NCBI RefSeq assembly: GCF_009914755.1
Contig: NC_060928.1
Source: the human T2T-CHM13v2.0 reference genome, Homo sapiens
Direction: 5' to 3' (one strand)
DNA: 64,000 nt
Shown: piece after piece, positions 60,531-64,000 of the stretch
How the letters are laid out: the number at the start of each line of letters is the position of its first letter
Position numbering within the stretch: position 1 is the first letter of the stretch
The notes under the pieces: model-generated
The model's input: the letters and a program-made list of their open reading frames with translations, nothing else
What the model was told of the DNA's origin: nothing
Database searches by the model: none
Translations under genes and position numbers: made by a program

Positions 60531-61671
60531 ACTATCTCAGTTAAACTAGAGAGCCAACCCTAACCCTTTCTATCCCTGCCCCTGATTTATGTTTCTCTTT
60601 AGCTTGTATTCCATTTTACATGTTAATTTGAGACTCTGTCTCCTAAATAGAATGTAAGCTGTAAGCAGGAGGGCATTCTTGTTTATTTCATACTTTGATG
60701 TATCCCTAACACCTAAAACAATGTTTGGCACAGAGAGGGCACTCAATAAATATCTGCTATATAAATGAATAAATAAAACTTTGTAGTGGCAACATAAGTA
60801 GTAAATAGCATAAAAAAGATCCTGGGACAGGAAGGAACTTGTCTTGTTCAAGCAAGAGAGAAGAAAAAAGAAAAAAAAAACAGCCTGGCTAGAACAGAAT
60901 GGTAAGAAAAAAAAAAAAGTGGCCCAATATTAATATGCATTTTCTTTAAGGCTTACAAGAAACTTTAAGAGTTGTGATATTCCTGGAATATAAAAAACTA
61001 AATCTTGGAAAAGTTAGGTAACATTCCCAAGGACAGACAGCTAGCAAAGTGAAGAACCAAAATTCATCCTGAGGTTATGGAATTTTTACTCTCCCAGAAA
61101 AGGGGTGCTTGTCTGGCTGATTCAAACTAATCTATAGCTGCCAGGAAACCAGATCCATAAAATCATTGTTATGTGACCAACTAAGAATAGTATCTACAAT
61201 GTCAGCTACATACCTATGAGTTTAGGTACCTCCTTTTAGTAATGCCTGATTGGGTCCACATGCTAAAATTATGTTCAGTTACTAAGTCCTGATAACTTCT
61301 ACATGTACATGATACACACTAAGGAGAGGTAAAAGCTTAATATTGAAACTCAGGGGCTTGATTTCAAATTAGTTGTTTGAACCCAGTAAGATAAACCACT
61401 TGATTACAAAAATTAGAGAAAACTGAAAATCACTCAAAATTAGGGAAAAATGAAAATCACCCACAATTAGCGTGAGTACTAAGAAGAGAAACTAAAAGCT
61501 ACAAAACCAGTGAGGGGAAATTTCACCTTCAGCCCATTCATTAGTCACAAGGAAACACTCATAACCCTTTGTTAACTTTCCAGAAGCCATAATCCAGAAG
61601 TAAAACCTGAATTTGGGTACTAGATACCACAGTTCCATCGGTCTTTGACATTTTGGTCTACCTCATATATA

Positions 61672-62547
61672 AAAAACAGGAAAATAAAGGTGCTCAACAC
61701 AAATGTAAGGATTAAATTGGAATAATATATTTGAAGTGATAGGAAAGTTCCTGGCCCAAAGTTAAGTTGTCTGCCTTCAAGACTTATATTAGAGAAAATC
61801 CCTCAAACATTGAGAAGTGTTTTATATAACTCCATTAGAAATGTCAAAAAAGCAAAAATCAAAATTCACTTTTCCAAAGTCCTTTTCATGCACACGTGGC
61901 CTGCTCTCCCTCAATAGAATGCATCTTCTAGGGACTTCTACTAGGAAGTAGCTGGAACAGTGGAGAGTCTACTCAAGTTGGGGCTGTATGTTGGAATCAA
62001 CATCCAGCTTACATGTGCCCAAGGCCAGAGACAAAAGTAGAACAATGATGGCACCCAGTATTCAGTGTCAATGAGAGCAATATCCCTATAAATGGATGGT
62101 CCCAAAGTGAAATTTTGTGCTGCTATCTTGACCACTTTCTGAGCTTCATTTCCAGTATTTTTTAATTAAATTATTTATATGCTTCAATCTAACAGAGTCA
62201 TTTTCATGGCTTACAACTAAGAAACCTGAGTATTACAACATTCAGATATTAATAACCAAGTGTGACTCTAGCAAGGAGGTGACACAATAAAATCTATGAA
62301 AGATGACAGATAATAAATAGGTAGCAAGGTAGGTAGGTAGGTAGATGGATGGGTGAATAGATAGATGATAGATAAATAGATGATAGATAGATGATAGATG
62401 ATAGAAAGATAGATAGATGATAGATAGAAATAATAGTTGACGTTTATTACATAATTACTATATGCCAGGAACTTCCTAATCACTTCAAATATATTATTCC
62501 AATTTAAACCTTACATTTGTGTTGAGCACCTTCATTTTCCTGTTTTT
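61672..62547. repeat. 84-bp inverted repeat (61672-61755 / 62464-62547) within two oppositely oriented MIRs, 708-bp spacer
   Basis: Hand alignment gives 79/84 identical without gaps. Confidence 0.92.
62310..62428. repeat. Compound (TAGG)n/(GATA)n microsatellite
   Basis: Direct reading. Confidence 0.9.
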
Positions 62548-62606
62548 CAGATGAGCAAACTGAGGTTAAGAGAGGATAAACAAACTGCTCAAGACCACAG
62601 AGCCAG

Positions 62607-63110
62607 TATGGTAGATTATTGTTCCTCAAATATTCACCCTTTTTTCTCCAACCCACCATTCCCTTGGAAGATTGTCCCCCCCTGTTTCACTGATGTTGAA
62701 CTTGGTCTTGATAGTTGATTTGGTCTCATAGAGAGTTGAGTGTACATCTCCTTATTTTAGGACTTGGTTGTGTGACTTGCCTCAGTTAATGGTGAGTTAG
62801 TGTGTGTGACATAAGCAAAGTGTGAAGAAGCTTGCATGTGGTTGCACTTTCACTCTTGCACTTCTATCTTCGCTATTAAAAGAACATGACCCAAGCAGCC
62901 TGCCAGTCTCAGAAGGATGAAAGGCAAATGCAGTACATCTGAACTGAACCAACGGCCTGATGCCAAGTACAGGTGAGCACAGCCTTGATCAGCTAAACCT
63001 TAGCTGTCTCACAGATATCTGAGTAGGCAAAAGATTCTACTTTTTGCGTGCCTCTGAGTTTGGGAGTGATTTGTTACTCAGCATTGTTGTGGCAATAGCT
63101 AACTGATGCA
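62607..63110 (+). mobile_element. MLT1H-like solo LTR inserted in the minus-strand MIR
   Basis: tatggtagattattg..ggcaatagctaactgatgca; TSD gccag/gctag; MIR resumes afterwards. Confidence 0.7.
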
Positions 63111-64000
63111 GCTAGTAAACCATGCAACAAGGATGAAAACCCAGACACTTTGACTCTTCAATCTCCTTCCTAATTACTTTGCTGTAATTACGTTCCCTGC
63201 TAGGTCTGACAATTTACACCAAATAAACACAAAGTATTAGTGCACCCCAATCTCTGACACCTCTGCAGGTATGAGAAAATTTATCTGCTAGAAATGTCTA
63301 GGATGGCATCTCCATCTTTCTCTGACCACAGCCATATTTCAGTACATTAGCCTTGCTCTGTATGGTTTGCCTCTGTGCTTTGTCTCACGTTGTTATCCAG
63401 AAGGCAATGTTTCCTGGTGTCAGTGCTGATGTACATAGTACAAAGATTCTCAGACTCTTGGACAGCAATATCTTGAAGTTCTGTCTTTAACTCATGAAGC
63501 CCAGCAACAAAATCTTAATTTCCTTTCTTGTTTCTCCTGTTTCTGTCCTAAATTCCCATTTCACAAAGCTAAGAGAAATGAGAAGTACATGGGGTGAGAG
63601 TATTTTATAAATAACTTGTGGTGGCTCCTAAATATCTCTGATGCCCAATTATTCTTCTAGTGATTGAGGGGTTTTTTTCTCCTTTGGTTTAGAAAGCACA
63701 TCTTTGACAAACACTCTCTAAAAATGGTTTTTCCCATTACTCCAAAACACTTCCCATTATAACTGTTTCTTGCCTGTTCCTTAGATGTTATTATATGGCC
63801 AAAGCACTGCCTTCTCCTACCTGGTCTTAGGTACATCTCTATCATGCCACGTAACCACTGCCCAAAGATTTACACCAGTACATATACCTCACATCTCCTT
63901 ACATTCTACTGACATTGTGTAACCAAGGACAAGATGATCAGGTGAAGGCAGCTGGCCTCGCCTTGTAGTTGTCTGGAGTGAGAGATGCAAGACACAGGTG

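Noticed and set aside
63200-63275. Plus-strand AG..GT segment (ctgctag|gtctgac..ctgcag|gtatga)
   Set aside because: Isolated, with no partner exon and weak support; compatible with chance.

Overview
AT-rich, repeat-dense primate (hominoid, probably human) genomic DNA. I see no prokaryotic features, no CRISPR array, no RNA gene and no recognisable protein-coding gene. Repeat subfamily names come from recalled consensus sequences and were not computed. The window holds a full-length (~6.03 kb), inactivated L1PA3 on the minus strand (1442-7473), a full THE1D MaLR provirus, a nested MSTD provirus, ERVL pol remnants, several Alus, MLT/MST/MER4 LTRs, DNA transposon relics and L2/MIR/L3/HAL1 fossils. 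The signals the repeat annotation does not explain are: (1) the L1PA3 has no target-site duplication and its flanks belong to different older repeats, suggesting an L1-L1 recombination or insertion-mediated rearrangement; (2) its antisense ORF0 is open and could splice in frame to a plus-strand acceptor with a poly(A) signal just outside the element; (3) three minus-strand, phase-0 candidate exons join into MAETNFKKEYLRKLETQKLLENLDYPKEILLGPLK...; (4) an MLT1A LTR carries a fold-back inversion plus tandem duplication; (5) two ancient inverted MIRs share an 84-bp tract at 94% identity. These are testable hypotheses. I cannot support a wholly new biological system from sequence alone.
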